DNA of 63,299 bases, the filler included, from Reticulomyxa filosa (lineage: Eukaryota; Protista; Foraminifera): assembly GCA_000512085.1 (NCBI GenBank). It is 21 parts of 21 records of this genome, joined end to end, with 100 filler letters (N's around TTAATTAATTAA, not from the genome) between each part and the next. Parts side by side here need not be neighbours in the genome. Positions count along the whole stretch, not along the records: positions 25,719 to 27,173 come from ASPP01000175.1; positions 27,274 to 28,273 come from ASPP01040824.1; positions 28,374 to 36,611 come from ASPP01013633.1; positions 36,712 to 41,764 come from ASPP01019077.1; 17 more parts are not named here. One strand, 5' to 3'. The position numbers and the translations under genes are program-made. Below the pieces are notes generated by a model, which was not told the DNA's origin, searched no databases, and saw only the letters and a program-made list of their open reading frames with translations. Shown piece after piece: positions 27,151 through 38,662 of this stretch. Numbering within the stretch: position 1 is the first letter of the stretch; every line of letters begins with the position of its first letter.

Positions 27151-27939
27151 CATGAAAGGGAAATAAATAAATANNNNNNNNNNNNNNNNNNNNNNNNNNN
27201 NNNNNNNNNNNNNNNNNTTAATTAATTAANNNNNNNNNNNNNNNNNNNNNNNNNNNNNNNNNNNNNNNNNNNNATTATATTCATACAAATGTGTCAAGTT
27301 TATTCAAGTGTATAATTATTCGTCCAGCATCGAGTATGCATCGTCATTTCGGAATGGTGCAGCGGATATTATAAGAGACTATTGGAAAAGATACAATGTG
27401 TCGGATTCAGTAAATGCTATTTCCCAATTTCATTGTCACAAGTGTATCAAATGATCATGTTGATTCAATAGTCATAATCTTGTGTTAGCATCAAAATTTG
27501 GAATAAATCAAAACAAAAGACTTATTTGAATTATATCTAATTGATTTGTAAAATGTCGATACTGGAGTGCCGACAGTCGAACTAAATCCACATGCAATCA
27601 CAAATACTTCACCAATCCAAATAGCAATGATGCCACAATTCAATAAATCACTTTTTACGATATATCGCAAGACAAAATCCGAAGAAATTTCAATTTGTGA
27701 AAATTTTTTTTTATAGTGATATAAAGATTTTTTATAGTCTCTGGATTTTGTAATTGTGAATTGGAGTGACTTCTTTCATTTTGTTATTGTTTTCGGCAAC
27801 ATCTTTTGTTGCAATTTATTTTGGGGGTTTTCGTCGTCGGTTCAGCATCTAGTGTGGTGTGTGACTTTGAGAGTTGGAAGTGCTTTAAAACTTCCAGGTA
27901 TATTTGCATCAGTTACTTTAAGAGTAACAAGGTGCAAAC

Positions 27940-28273
27940 TACTGATCACCGGAATAGTAATCCTTTTACTGGAAACGGGCTGCTTGCGGGGAAGGTCGAA
28001 CATTGCTTGCCTTTGAGAATTTGCAATCTCGCTGCAGAACAAAAGAAAAAACGAGAAGCAGTGGTCAATCCTGAAATAAATAAACATGTACTGCTTCGAG
28101 GTATCAATCCAAGAAAGTGAAATGAAATAAAAAAAACATTGAAGGATTATGGATATCATATTCAAGAAGTGAAACAATTCCATAAGATACCAACCGTTAA
28201 AGTGATGCTAGTCAATTATGATGACATCGTTAAGATGTTGAAAGACAGTGATATTCAGATTGTATATTCAATG
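27940..28273 (+). mobile_element. Degenerate LINE ORF1 (gag-like/RRM region) fragment
   Basis: HVLLRGINP..NEIKKTLKDYGYHIQEVKQF..PTVKVML...IQIVY resembles Jockey/I-type ORF1; interrupted by a stop and a frameshift. Confidence 0.4.
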
Positions 28274-28373
28274 NNNNNNNNNNNNNNNNNNNNNNNNNNN
28301 NNNNNNNNNNNNNNNNNTTAATTAATTAANNNNNNNNNNNNNNNNNNNNNNNNNNNNNNNNNNNNNNNNNNNN

Positions 28374-28822
28374 CCTCAACAATATCAACCTCAACAATAT
28401 CAGCCTCAACATCAACCAGCTAAAGATCAGGAGGAAGATGGAAGTGAAAGTGAGTACGAAAGTGAAACAGGAAGCGAAGAGAATAGCAGCGCTGGCAATG
28501 CAGAAAAGGATCAACCACAAAATACATATATTCCACAACCACCTGCTCCTCCTGTTCCACCACCATTCCAACAATCATTTCGACAGCAACCTCAACTTCC
28601 TTCTTTGCCACATGTAACCGATAATAATTTCCACGACGAACCACCACCACCTCCACCGCCTCCTGCCGGAATGAATATAGCTCATCACGAAAGAGTTAAT
28701 TGGTTTTTTACAAAATAATCTCAATAATAAGCAAACACTTTTCTATGATTTGTTTTTTTTTACAGAACAATAGTGGTAGTGATTCACGTGGAACAGAAGA
28801 TTTATCAGAAGAACATCTCTAA
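28374..28822 (+). CDS. 3' end of a Gln/Pro-rich protein
   Basis: Open frame PQQYQPQQYQ...PPAPPVPPP...EPPPPPPPP, a short intron, and a last exon ending EEHL-stop. Confidence 0.5.
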
Positions 28823-29616
28823 AAATCAAATTTTAATTTTTTTCTAAGCTTTTTTTTTTGCTGTTGTGTATTTGTGAGTGCCTTTTTTTGTCCTTTCACT
28901 GTCACCGAATTTCTCGCATTTTGCTTTACAGGTTGAGACAAAAATAGTGTGTTCATTAATTTTGACGTGCCTATGTTTTGTTGTGTCAACTTTCAAATTG
29001 TACAGTTTCTTTTTTTTTTTGGTGACAGCAACGGTGCAGTGTTTTTTTTAATTCAAAAGTCGAACTCGTTGAAGATAACTTTTTTGAAGACTCGTATCAT
29101 GAAAGCATTATGTCAAACACGCTTATAATTTTTTGCAAATGTGAGAAATAAGTAATAAAGAGACACTCTAAAATTTGTTTCACAAATCCAAAAAGTAGCA
29201 GTTCAAACTTGTTTTAAAAGATACGTGTTGAAATAGATCATACAGACTCAATACTTTTGTTGGATAGATGTTGGGGCATAAACATGCAAAATTTTCATTG
29301 AACAATGGTCATTTTATTCAAGTTTACTCATGCACAAAAGACCTATCAGTCAAAACAATCAGAACAATCAAACATTCCACAAACACAAGGCACTAGTTTC
29401 TTTGCCAGATCTAGCGCCTTTAGAGTACACAACTTACAGCAAGTGCTCCACATTGTTCATTGAACAACAAAAAACGAAAAGCGATACAAAAACAGTGAAG
29501 CTTCTTGATCATGTTGTTGTGCTTAGCCCTCTGAAAAACAGTCAAGACAAAACAAAACAAAACATTGTGAACCTAAACCTACAATAAACCAAACAATATC
29601 AAGACTTGCTTTCTCT

Positions 29617-32152
29617 TCATCGTGTTTCAAAATAACCTCTGAATTTGGAAAAATCCAAAACGCTACCCTTAGTAATTTTAATTCTTCCTTGAGTGTACAG
29701 TAATGCTCCTTTGATGGCATCAGCTGCAATCAATGCACGAAAATCTCGAGAGGTAAGCTCACTGACACTGTTTGCTGGTTCGATACAACGCTCATTCAAA
29801 TGATGGGTGGTGTTTTCCTTATAATTGCCATTAAAAAGCTATTCAGAAAGGAAACACATTTACATAAATTTCTTTTTTTTTTTTTGCTCGCATAAACAGA
29901 CAAAATTCAAACAAACCTCAACAACTCCATCTCGAATAGTGAGCATATAAAATTCGCGCATATCAGTGAAATGGAAGCACATGGATGAATTAAACATCTT
30001 GACTTCATTTGCTTTAAATCTTACTGGGAGCATTTGGAACAACTGTTCTAACGGGACGACATGTGACACCCATTCTCGATCTCGTTCCGATACATACTCT
30101 GAATCTGCGTGCTTTTGATGAAGCAATTCATACGCACTGGTTAAGTAATAATTTCGGCCATTTGCAGACGTCATGTAAGACGCCAAACATTGCAACGCTT
30201 TAATTTTGATGTCCAGTGCCTTGGATACCTCTGTCTCTGTCATTGCCAGTATTAAGTCTTCTTTGCTCATTTCATTGGCTGGTTTGGACAAAAAAAGCAA
30301 CGCATCAGACAATTGCAAAGCCCATTGGCAATCATCCCTTTTTTCATGATTCAATAGGCTATCTTGGGCAGTTTCTAGAATTACATTTGGCGATTTTACC
30401 ATCTTTGTCAAGCGAATGGCTTTTTTATTGTCATTGGTCGTTTATGACCCGAAAATAAAATTACCAAATAAAAACAAAACACAAGATAGCAATGATTTAC
30501 GCTCAAAAAAAAAAAAACAAAAACAAAAAAACAACCTCTAATTCTTCTTTGAGAAACAAAAGTATACGTACCTTGTTGTTGTTTAGACAAAGGATACAAG
30601 TCAACAGGATCGCCAGAGAACCAACCCAAATAGGCCTGGAAAATGGCTCGCACACTCCAATCAATGGTGCCATAAAACTCCTGCAAAAAGGGATGAGAAA
30701 GCAAACGCTCAGGCATCGATTGCCTGACCAAGACGACAATGTCATCAGGTACGTACCCCAAGTTGACGAAGCGGATAGTCTGATCGTGCACAAAAGCAAT
30801 GCCATCGCGATAGCTCGTCAACACGTCATAAATAGCTTCTTCTCCGTACACCGGCTGTGTGTGGTGTGGGACCAAGTATCTTGGAAAAGGTGATAAGGCG
30901 CGCATACTATCAATCGACTTGACCCATTCACGAGCAGGACGTGTTGGGGATCCACGAATCGCATAAATGTTCGGAAATGCGCGATATACATTGTCTGCTG
31001 GCAACAGCACTCTTTTTTCTGGCAAATAAATAAATATCTGATCGATCGTTTCTCCAGGTGCATGGTGAAATTCAAACGTCACACCTTCGCCAAAGTTACA
31101 CACAATAACAACAACAACATACGTATACATATATTCAATGTTTCTGTCTACAGTTGTAATCCTCTCTACAGAAACACGTATACATCTACATACACAAACA
31201 AAAAATAAATTGTAACGTACCGTCTAAATCCAAAATTTCAATGGTTTGATTCAAAATGAGAGTAGGATAAAACATGGACCGGTCAAAGGGACCTTCGAAA
31301 ACTAAGAACGGGCCAATACCGCTGTTGACGAAAATGCTGCTATCATTTTGAAATACCTGCTGCAATCGCAATTGCTCGTCTTGGTCCTGGGCAGCACCGG
31401 CAGCTGCGTAGTCGAAAGTATGATCGCTGCCACATTCATGTCCGTAGTGGGATGAGCGGTCGCCACCGTGTGCATCCAAGTGCGAAAACGCGTGTGGCTC
31501 GATCGAATCTTTCAACTTTTTTAAGATAGTGCCAAACTGCCTTTGTGCACGAACTTGGGTGATGGTTGAAGTGAGAGATAGTATTCGTTCCAATTCTTTC
31601 GTGGTTTGTGGGTGTGCAATTACTACAGGGGGATTACGTTCGTCGTCCACCCAGCCTTTGGTGCCAAAGGTGTGGTCTGGATGATAGTGCGTGTATACTA
31701 CATACTTTACTTTCTTTTGTTGCAAACGCGGGAATGATGTCAACAGATCCTCTCTTATTCTGCTCGCTGATGCTATCGACTCTGTCGTATCGATTACTAC
31801 TAATGACTCATTGCACTCTACTATCACACTATTCGCTATGGCATAACCAATCGCTACGAACACACCCTCGGTCACCTTTTTTTTTTTTTTTTTGGTGTTT
31901 GTTTTGTTTTTAACTCTTTCTTTCTTTTTTTTAATCTGCAACAAAAAGAGTGCAAAAAAAAAAAACCTCAGTTATTTGTGCAACATCAAACTCGTGCGAG
32001 TGGTTCTGCAGCTTTTCTTCTACAAAGGTGTTCGAGAGCAGACGCAGTGACTCCACGTCCACAGTATTATTTACACTTAATTTTGAAGAGAGGAGATAGG
32101 CACTTATCCCCAAAACACACACTGCAAACCATTTTGATTTATATCTCTCCAT
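29617..32152 (-). CDS. Alkyl/aryl sulfatase (SdsA1/YjcS/Bds1 family): MBL fold, dimerisation region and SCP2-like C-terminus, with an N-terminal hydrophobic segment
   Basis: VAIGYAIANS, THYHPDHTFG (HxHxDH), APGETIDQ, PNIYAIRG, YLGWFSGDP and NGRNYYLTSA; introns include 31966-31876. Confidence 0.92.
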
Positions 32153-32567
32153 CGAACTTTGCTTTCACTGATTTGCAACAACACGTTTTTGCGTTTCCCC
32201 AAATTTAAATTGAACCACTAGCTGTAACGTCCAAAACTTATTTTTAGTACATTTTTTATTTTATACTTTCTCCATTATATTCAGTAGATTACAAAAGCTG
32301 TGTTTTGAATTTTGATGTGATAGTAGGAGAAACGTTGTGCACAACTGATTGAGATATGATTTTCACATGAAATATTAAGTAAATGTTATGAAATACACAG
32401 AAAAAAAATGATCAAACAAAATTTCTTTACAATTTTAAAAAACACTTGTCAAAAAAAATTTAAACGAGATTTATTGCTTTGTAATGTCCAAGTTTATCTA
32501 TTTGTTGTGCTCACCACTCGTTATGTTTCTTGTCACTTGATTGATAAAATTAATGGATAGAGTATCT

Positions 32568-34718
32568 TTATTTAACAAAGCAACAGTCTTTTCCTTTGAT
32601 ATAATCTAGAGACCTGTTAGCATTGCCGCGTTTTGCAGATTTTGATTGGATTGTATCTATGCTTGTGCCATTTTTTGGCTTCCAGCTTCCAATAAATTTT
32701 TTATATTTACTTTTTTGAAATGGGTTTGTCTCTGCACTGTTGTATTCTTCTCCAAACAAAGAATCATCATCACTTTCACTTTCTAATGTGCGCTGAGACA
32801 AATCTGTTCTAGGTCGTCCGACATGCAAAGGGACAAATATTGAATCACCACAGTCCGGGTATGCAATAGGAAGCGGACCATCATGAATAGTCAACTCTTC
32901 CACCCAATTCTTCCACTGCACGTTTAAAGTGGAACTCCAGTAACAGTGGATGAATCAATAACGAACAATAGTGAATGAATTCTATCATTTTGTCATGTCA
33001 TAGAATAAAATGGATACTCTAAATTAATACAAAAAAAAGCAAAAACCTTTCAGACACAGGCTTGTCCTGTTTTTGATAAATAGCTCTGCTTGCAAACGAG
33101 AATGAGCATTTGCATGAAACTTATCTGGAAGTTTCATATGTTCTATACTTTGAATTGATAACTCTCCTTGCATTTCAGTGTCATGCAATTCGAAGATTTC
33201 TATTACTTTGCGTCGACGAAAATCTGAAACCAACTTTAGAACACAAACCTTCTTTTTAGGAGAAAGAGGGGAACTAAAAAAAAAAAATCCTCTAACTAGT
33301 CCATATTCGCCTTTTTGCAGCCAAATCTCTAACACTGGCTCGTATTCATCTAATTCTTCGTTGAATTCGTTCAATCCACTTCTCACATCTATTTATAATA
33401 ATCATATTATTTTATTAAATTCTCTGGTACGAAAACAAAGAGTCGTAACTTGCAACAATGGCTGTTTTTTCACGTTTCAATTGTTCCACTACTTCGCAAA
33501 CTACAGCAACAGCTATGGAAACAAAGAAAATAAGAGCAACAATTTTCTTTTTTTTTTTTGGTATTTCGCAACGCGCGCGAATGCGCAACACGATAAAGGA
33601 CACACCTTCTCCAGTGCCGCCAATAATACAGCTATTTTGTAAGCGCAGAATTCGACGTGCCCTGAGAAGAAATGCTTGCCATTGCTTTCTTTCTCGGCAA
33701 GCGTTGGCACCAACATGGACATAATTGGTACGAGGTGGCTGTCCCAAAATAGGCACTCGACGAAGTCCTACACTGCCATTGCAGTCAGTCAATGGTTGGT
33801 GCGCGTTGGTTTCATTGTGTGTAGGCTTGAGATGCACGTTCATGTGTTGGACCGTCGTGCAATTGGGGGTGCTAAACGCGTGAATCGATTGCATTTGCGG
33901 TACGTTCACTGACGGGCACAAAGGCATTATTGTAAATGATCCACAAACTGCTGTTGTTGGACGATTTAGCAAATTTATGTTTTCATAGTTATGAATCCCG
34001 TTTGTCAAAGGCACGATATTGTTCATCATTGCCGAGAGTGACTCGACACCTAAATCAAAAGGTATTGGCATCTTACTGTCACTGGTTGTTTTGGTTTTTC
34101 CCTGTTCAGTGCTTTGCTCATAGTAATTACGGGGCTCAATGTAGTTTGTAAAGTTTGAAAGTGGCATCGAGTTCACTGCTCAAATCACAATTTTTTTTAA
34201 ACTTGCTCTTTAAAAGACAAAAGAAAAAAATGGCAAAAAAAGTACAAATTTTTTCAACACTTTGAACAAACTTTTTTGCACAAAGTTCGGGCTATTGTTG
34301 GTTTGCAATAAATTTGATTCTCCTGAACATAAAAACTGAGGTATATTTTTCATAGTATTTGTCGGAATGTAGCTGTTTACGCCGAAACCATGTGTAGCAT
34401 CTTGATAAAATCCACCGTTTTTGGCATGCTCTGCGTTTGGATTAACGTTCAGAAAACTATTTGTGAAAGTGCTGTGATTATTGTTTTGCTGGAATACGTA
34501 GCTCATCGGAATAGCCACAGATTTTTTTGTTGCTTGGGACGTGTCACCAAAGTGATCAAAGTTTTGTGATTGGTTATGGAATAAATTAGGGCTTGACCAT
34601 TGCGAAGCGTAATTTGAAGTTGAAAACAAATCTGAAATAAATCAAAATATTGCTTCACCCAACATCACAAGACAAAAAAAAGAATGGCCAAACTTGTGTC
34701 GAAATCTTGGATTTGCAT
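32568..34718 (-). CDS. Hypothetical protein: N/Q-rich N-terminus, Alba-like domain and EF-hand-like segment
   Basis: Spliced YVHVG...RARRILRLQNSCIIGGTGE|AVAVVCEVVEQLKR...PVLEIWLQK fits the Alba pattern; IFELHDTEMQGELSIQSI resembles an EF loop. Confidence 0.5.
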
Positions 34719-35175
34719 TGTAAATACGATAAACTTGATAGGTTTATTTTTTTCTTTTTCACAATTATGTCTTTCATTAAAATGATGAGTGAAATAAATC
34801 ACTATAAACGACATTGTCGTCAATACATTCATTTTTTATCCATGCAAATTTAAAATTGGAGCTTATAAGTTTTCTCGTTTAACAGCCGTAAATAATGAAA
34901 AAATTTTTGAAAAGCGATGCTTTTGCTCTTATTTTTAAACTGTCATTTTTATCGTTGAATTGACTGGTCTAGTCTCATTAAAACATAAATAAATCTAGCT
35001 GGTAGTTATAGTTTTACTTTGCTTTTTCAAAACAGTTTATAATCTTCAACGTATGTCTTGCAAAGAAAATGTTCCCAAAAAAAGAAGTTCAGAAGAAAAA
35101 TCAACATCAAAATATCTTGCACATAGCGAGATATCAACAAGAAAAAAAATTGTTCTAACGAAAGTAAAATAATAA

Positions 35176-36060
35176 ATGGAGAAGGAAACATTGTTACCTT
35201 CAAGAGACGAGAATAATTTCTCGTCAACGTTAGCAACATGTAAAATTTGTTTTGACGGAGAGAGTCTGATAACATCCCCGTGTTCATGCAAAGGCTCAAC
35301 GTTACACGTTCACGAGCAATGTTTATTGAAATGGATAAAGAATAAGTATCAAAGCTTTATCCCAAACGTGACAAACGGAACGGAATATCGTGAAGTAATT
35401 TGCGAAATGTGTAAAAAACCGTATTATGTGAAAATCCATGCGAATTCTTGGAGCAACTATTTCATGTCAATGGCCGTGGATCCAAGAAATCACTCGACAT
35501 TTCTTAAAAAAATGTTCCAAGAAATACTTTGGATTGCTTTTCAAATGGGGACATTGGGTTTGATATCTCGTGCATTTTTGAACGCATTTAAAGAATTAGA
35601 TTTTGGTTTAAACCAGTTGATGTTACGTTTCAAGCAAAAGCAGCCTTTCACATTTGCGATAGTTTCTAACAAGGTGAATTCATTGATTTCGTTTCTCAAA
35701 AAGCTCGTCCATCCCTTTGAAGTGATGTCGAACGCGTTGCAGCAGAGTATTCGAAAAATTCAACAATTTTTAGATAGCATTGTGGAAGAAATTTTGTTGT
35801 GCTGTGTTGATCCGATCATGTTTTTTAGAGTCACAATCGTTTGGCTTTACAAAAAAATTACTCGTTTCTTGTTGTTTGTTCGACTCTTTATCCTATGGTT
35901 ATTGATCCTACAACATACGGCTAGCTTGGCTATATCCTGCAATATACTCTATGAATTGAATCATGTCCACAAAATGGATTGGTTGCGTTTGGACCTTTGC
36001 ACTAAAGAAGAAGCATTTAAAAGTGGACCTGTCAACAAAATTGATGACCAACGATTTTGA
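35176..36060 (+). CDS. RING-CH (MARCH-type) E3 ubiquitin ligase with hydrophobic segments
   Basis: CKIC...SPCSCKGSTLHVHEQCLLKW...CEMC gives the C4HC3 RINGv signature; intronless. Confidence 0.9.
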   Translation: MEKETLLPSRDENNFSSTLATCKICFDGESLITSPCSCKGSTLHVHEQCLLKWIKNKYQSFIPNVTNGTEYREVICEMCKKPYYVKIHANSWSNYFMSMAVDPRNHSTFLKKMFQEILWIAFQMGTLGLISRAFLNAFKELDFGLNQLMLRFKQKQPFTFAIVSNKVNSLISFLKKLVHPFEVMSNALQQSIRKIQQFLDSIVEEILLCCVDPIMFFRVTIVWLYKKITRFLLFVRLFILWLLILQHTASLAISCNILYELNHVHKMDWLRLDLCTKEEAFKSGPVNKIDDQRF

Positions 36061-36099
36061 ATTTTGTGTTTTCATTCCCCTGCTTCTTCCAACAATTAT

Positions 36100-36542
36100 G
36101 CCCCTCCTTTTTTTTTGTCATATTGAACTTCTAACTGCATTGTTACTAATTGTTTGTGTCAGCGTAGTTTTTTTTTTTAAAGACTATATATAATAAGCAG
36201 GGGAAAAAATGTCAATTTCGAGCTCCATTACTTTGTCCAATTGTCATACACTAACGATTTTACAACAGAGATATGAGTTCCCAAATTTCTATGGACACTT
36301 GCACAGTTTTCACAAATGCACACTCCATGAGTAAGTGCACACCATTGAGGATTTGGCATAAAACAATCCGCACAAAAGCGATTATCTGGAAGATAAATAA
36401 AATCTTTGAGTTGTTCTTGAATACTTTTTTTTTCTGGTTTTAACAATAATCGTCCAACAGAACGAGTCCTTCCAGAATAACCACTTATACTCACACTCTT
36501 GCTGTAACTTGGAGAAAGTGGAGGGCTTCTTGGAGAAGACAT
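36100..36542 (-). CDS. ArfGAP zinc-finger domain, apparently truncated
   Basis: NRFCADC..PNPQWC..HGVCICENCASVHRNLGTHISVVKS..DNWT; runs into the converging MARCH gene. Confidence 0.8.
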
Positions 36543-36711
36543 CTTAGATTAAACAAAATAAATGCTCCTTTTCTTTCGCTTTGTGTAAAGATACTTCAAA
36601 ATCTACTTTAGNNNNNNNNNNNNNNNNNNNNNNNNNNNNNNNNNNNNNNNNNNNNTTAATTAATTAANNNNNNNNNNNNNNNNNNNNNNNNNNNNNNNNN
36701 NNNNNNNNNNN

Positions 36712-37611
36712 GGGGGGAGAGAGGAGAGGAAATACCTAGAAAAGAATTGTGATTAGTCATGTGATAGGAAGGAATATAGAAAACCCAGGAAACGACCATA
36801 AAGATACCAAAAAATCAGTGATGAGACAGAGCCAGTTAAACAAAAACACGTTAAAACTAAGAGCCTGTGCAAAGACCAAAGACTTGGCAGAGACGGAAAT
36901 CATGGACAATAAGATGGACGTCAAAGCAACGTGGTCCAATTTTTGATAATAAACTATCGCTCCGATTTGAATGAGCGTTTGCGGGAATGACTCCACAACC
37001 GCTTCTAATATGAACCCCATATGCTTACGTAATTGAACATGCACCCAGTTTTCAATTGGCGGTTCTATCGCTCCTTTCATATACAAGTATAAATATAAAT
37101 ATAAATTAAATAGAAATATATCAATGAAATATATACATATATACATATATATATACATATATATATACATATATATATATATATGTATAAAGGTTTATGA
37201 TTTTATGTGCATGTATCTGCATATTTTACCTTGTAAACCGTGATCTACGACATCTAATCCCAATGACTTCAACAATTGCGACAACTGATTGTTCGGAATC
37301 GAACACCAATAAATGATAAATGACAACACAGGCGCGAATGGCAACGTGCAAAAAAATACACACAGTTGAAACAAAAATGATCTGTCCCCGCTAAATCGTA
37401 TTGTAAAGGCGAAGCAATAACACAACTGTGCTATCACAATTGTTGTCACCCCGAGCGCAAAAAACTCATACTGCTTTCGCTCGTGGTACCTTTGCATCAT
37501 CCACAAATCGGTACACACATCCGCTATTGACACACAGATTGCGAGACCGTCGTACCAATGAGATAATATAAATTTCAAGCATTGACCATGCTCGTTTACC
37601 AGACGAGGCAT
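36712..37611 (-). CDS. XK-related (XKR scramblase-like) membrane protein, 3' truncated
   Basis: ADVCTDLW in TM1 and EAVVESFPQTLIQ (XK-family ES.PQ motif); (TA)n intron at ~37229-37074. Confidence 0.7.
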
Positions 37612-37968
37612 TTCACTCTTCCAATTGCTGTCTTTGTTTCACCACATCTCTCAAATGATTAAAGATCATTGAGCATTCCCCGCCAAACAAAAAAAAATTA
37701 AAAACACCTTTGCTCTTGTCACAAAATTAAACAATTTTGGAGCTATCCTATTTTTTCTCTTTCGCCACTTTTTGTGTTGTTTTACGTACCTTTTTTCACT
37801 CGCCTTAAATTAACATGTAACGCTGCTAGCATATATACTATATAAGACATCTCCAAGAGAAAAGTAAAAAAAAAAAAAAAACTTGCGCACATTGTGTATC
37901 ATAATGTAAGATTTCTATTAACATAGTATTTGTTGCAACACATAAGAGTGAACCTTAGCTAAAAAGGG

Positions 37969-38629
37969 ATGTCAAAAAAACCAAAAAAGGGTTCAAAAGG
38001 ACAAAAGAAAAAAGAAGCAGAAGAAAAAAGAAGGCAACAAGAGGAACTGTTACGTCTGAAGCAAGAAGAAGAAAGAAAACAACAAGAGGAACTTGAAAGG
38101 CAAAAACGTGAGCAAGAAGAAAGAGAGCGATTGTTGCGAGAACAATTAAAACAAGAGGTGAGACACAGTTTAAACAAATAGGAATAACATTAATAAAGTT
38201 GTTTATATAAAGTAGCGCAAGAACCTGTTTTTTTCCCCCCCCCCCTCCCCTCTCCCCCCTCTTTGCAAACAAATCAATGTAGGAAATATTGCGACTGACA
38301 CAAGAAAAAGAAGAAGATAACACGTGGACCCAATCAAGAGAAGAGGATTTGAAAAGATTAATAGAGGAGGAGGTCAGAACAAACGAATGGAACAAACATT
38401 TGCAATGCAATTCAAAGATTGATATTAAACATGAAAAGGAGTTAAATGACTTCATGAGTATTTGGACAGATAATAAGACCATTATATCCACAGCTCTTAA
38501 AGATTTGATGGGTTACGTATGTATAGATACATTATTTTATTTAATTAATTATAAAAAAAAAAATTTCTTTTAAATAAATGTTTATTTGCAAAATAAAACA
38601 AAACAAAACAAAACAAAACAAAACAAAAC

Positions 38630-38662
<33 letters not shown>

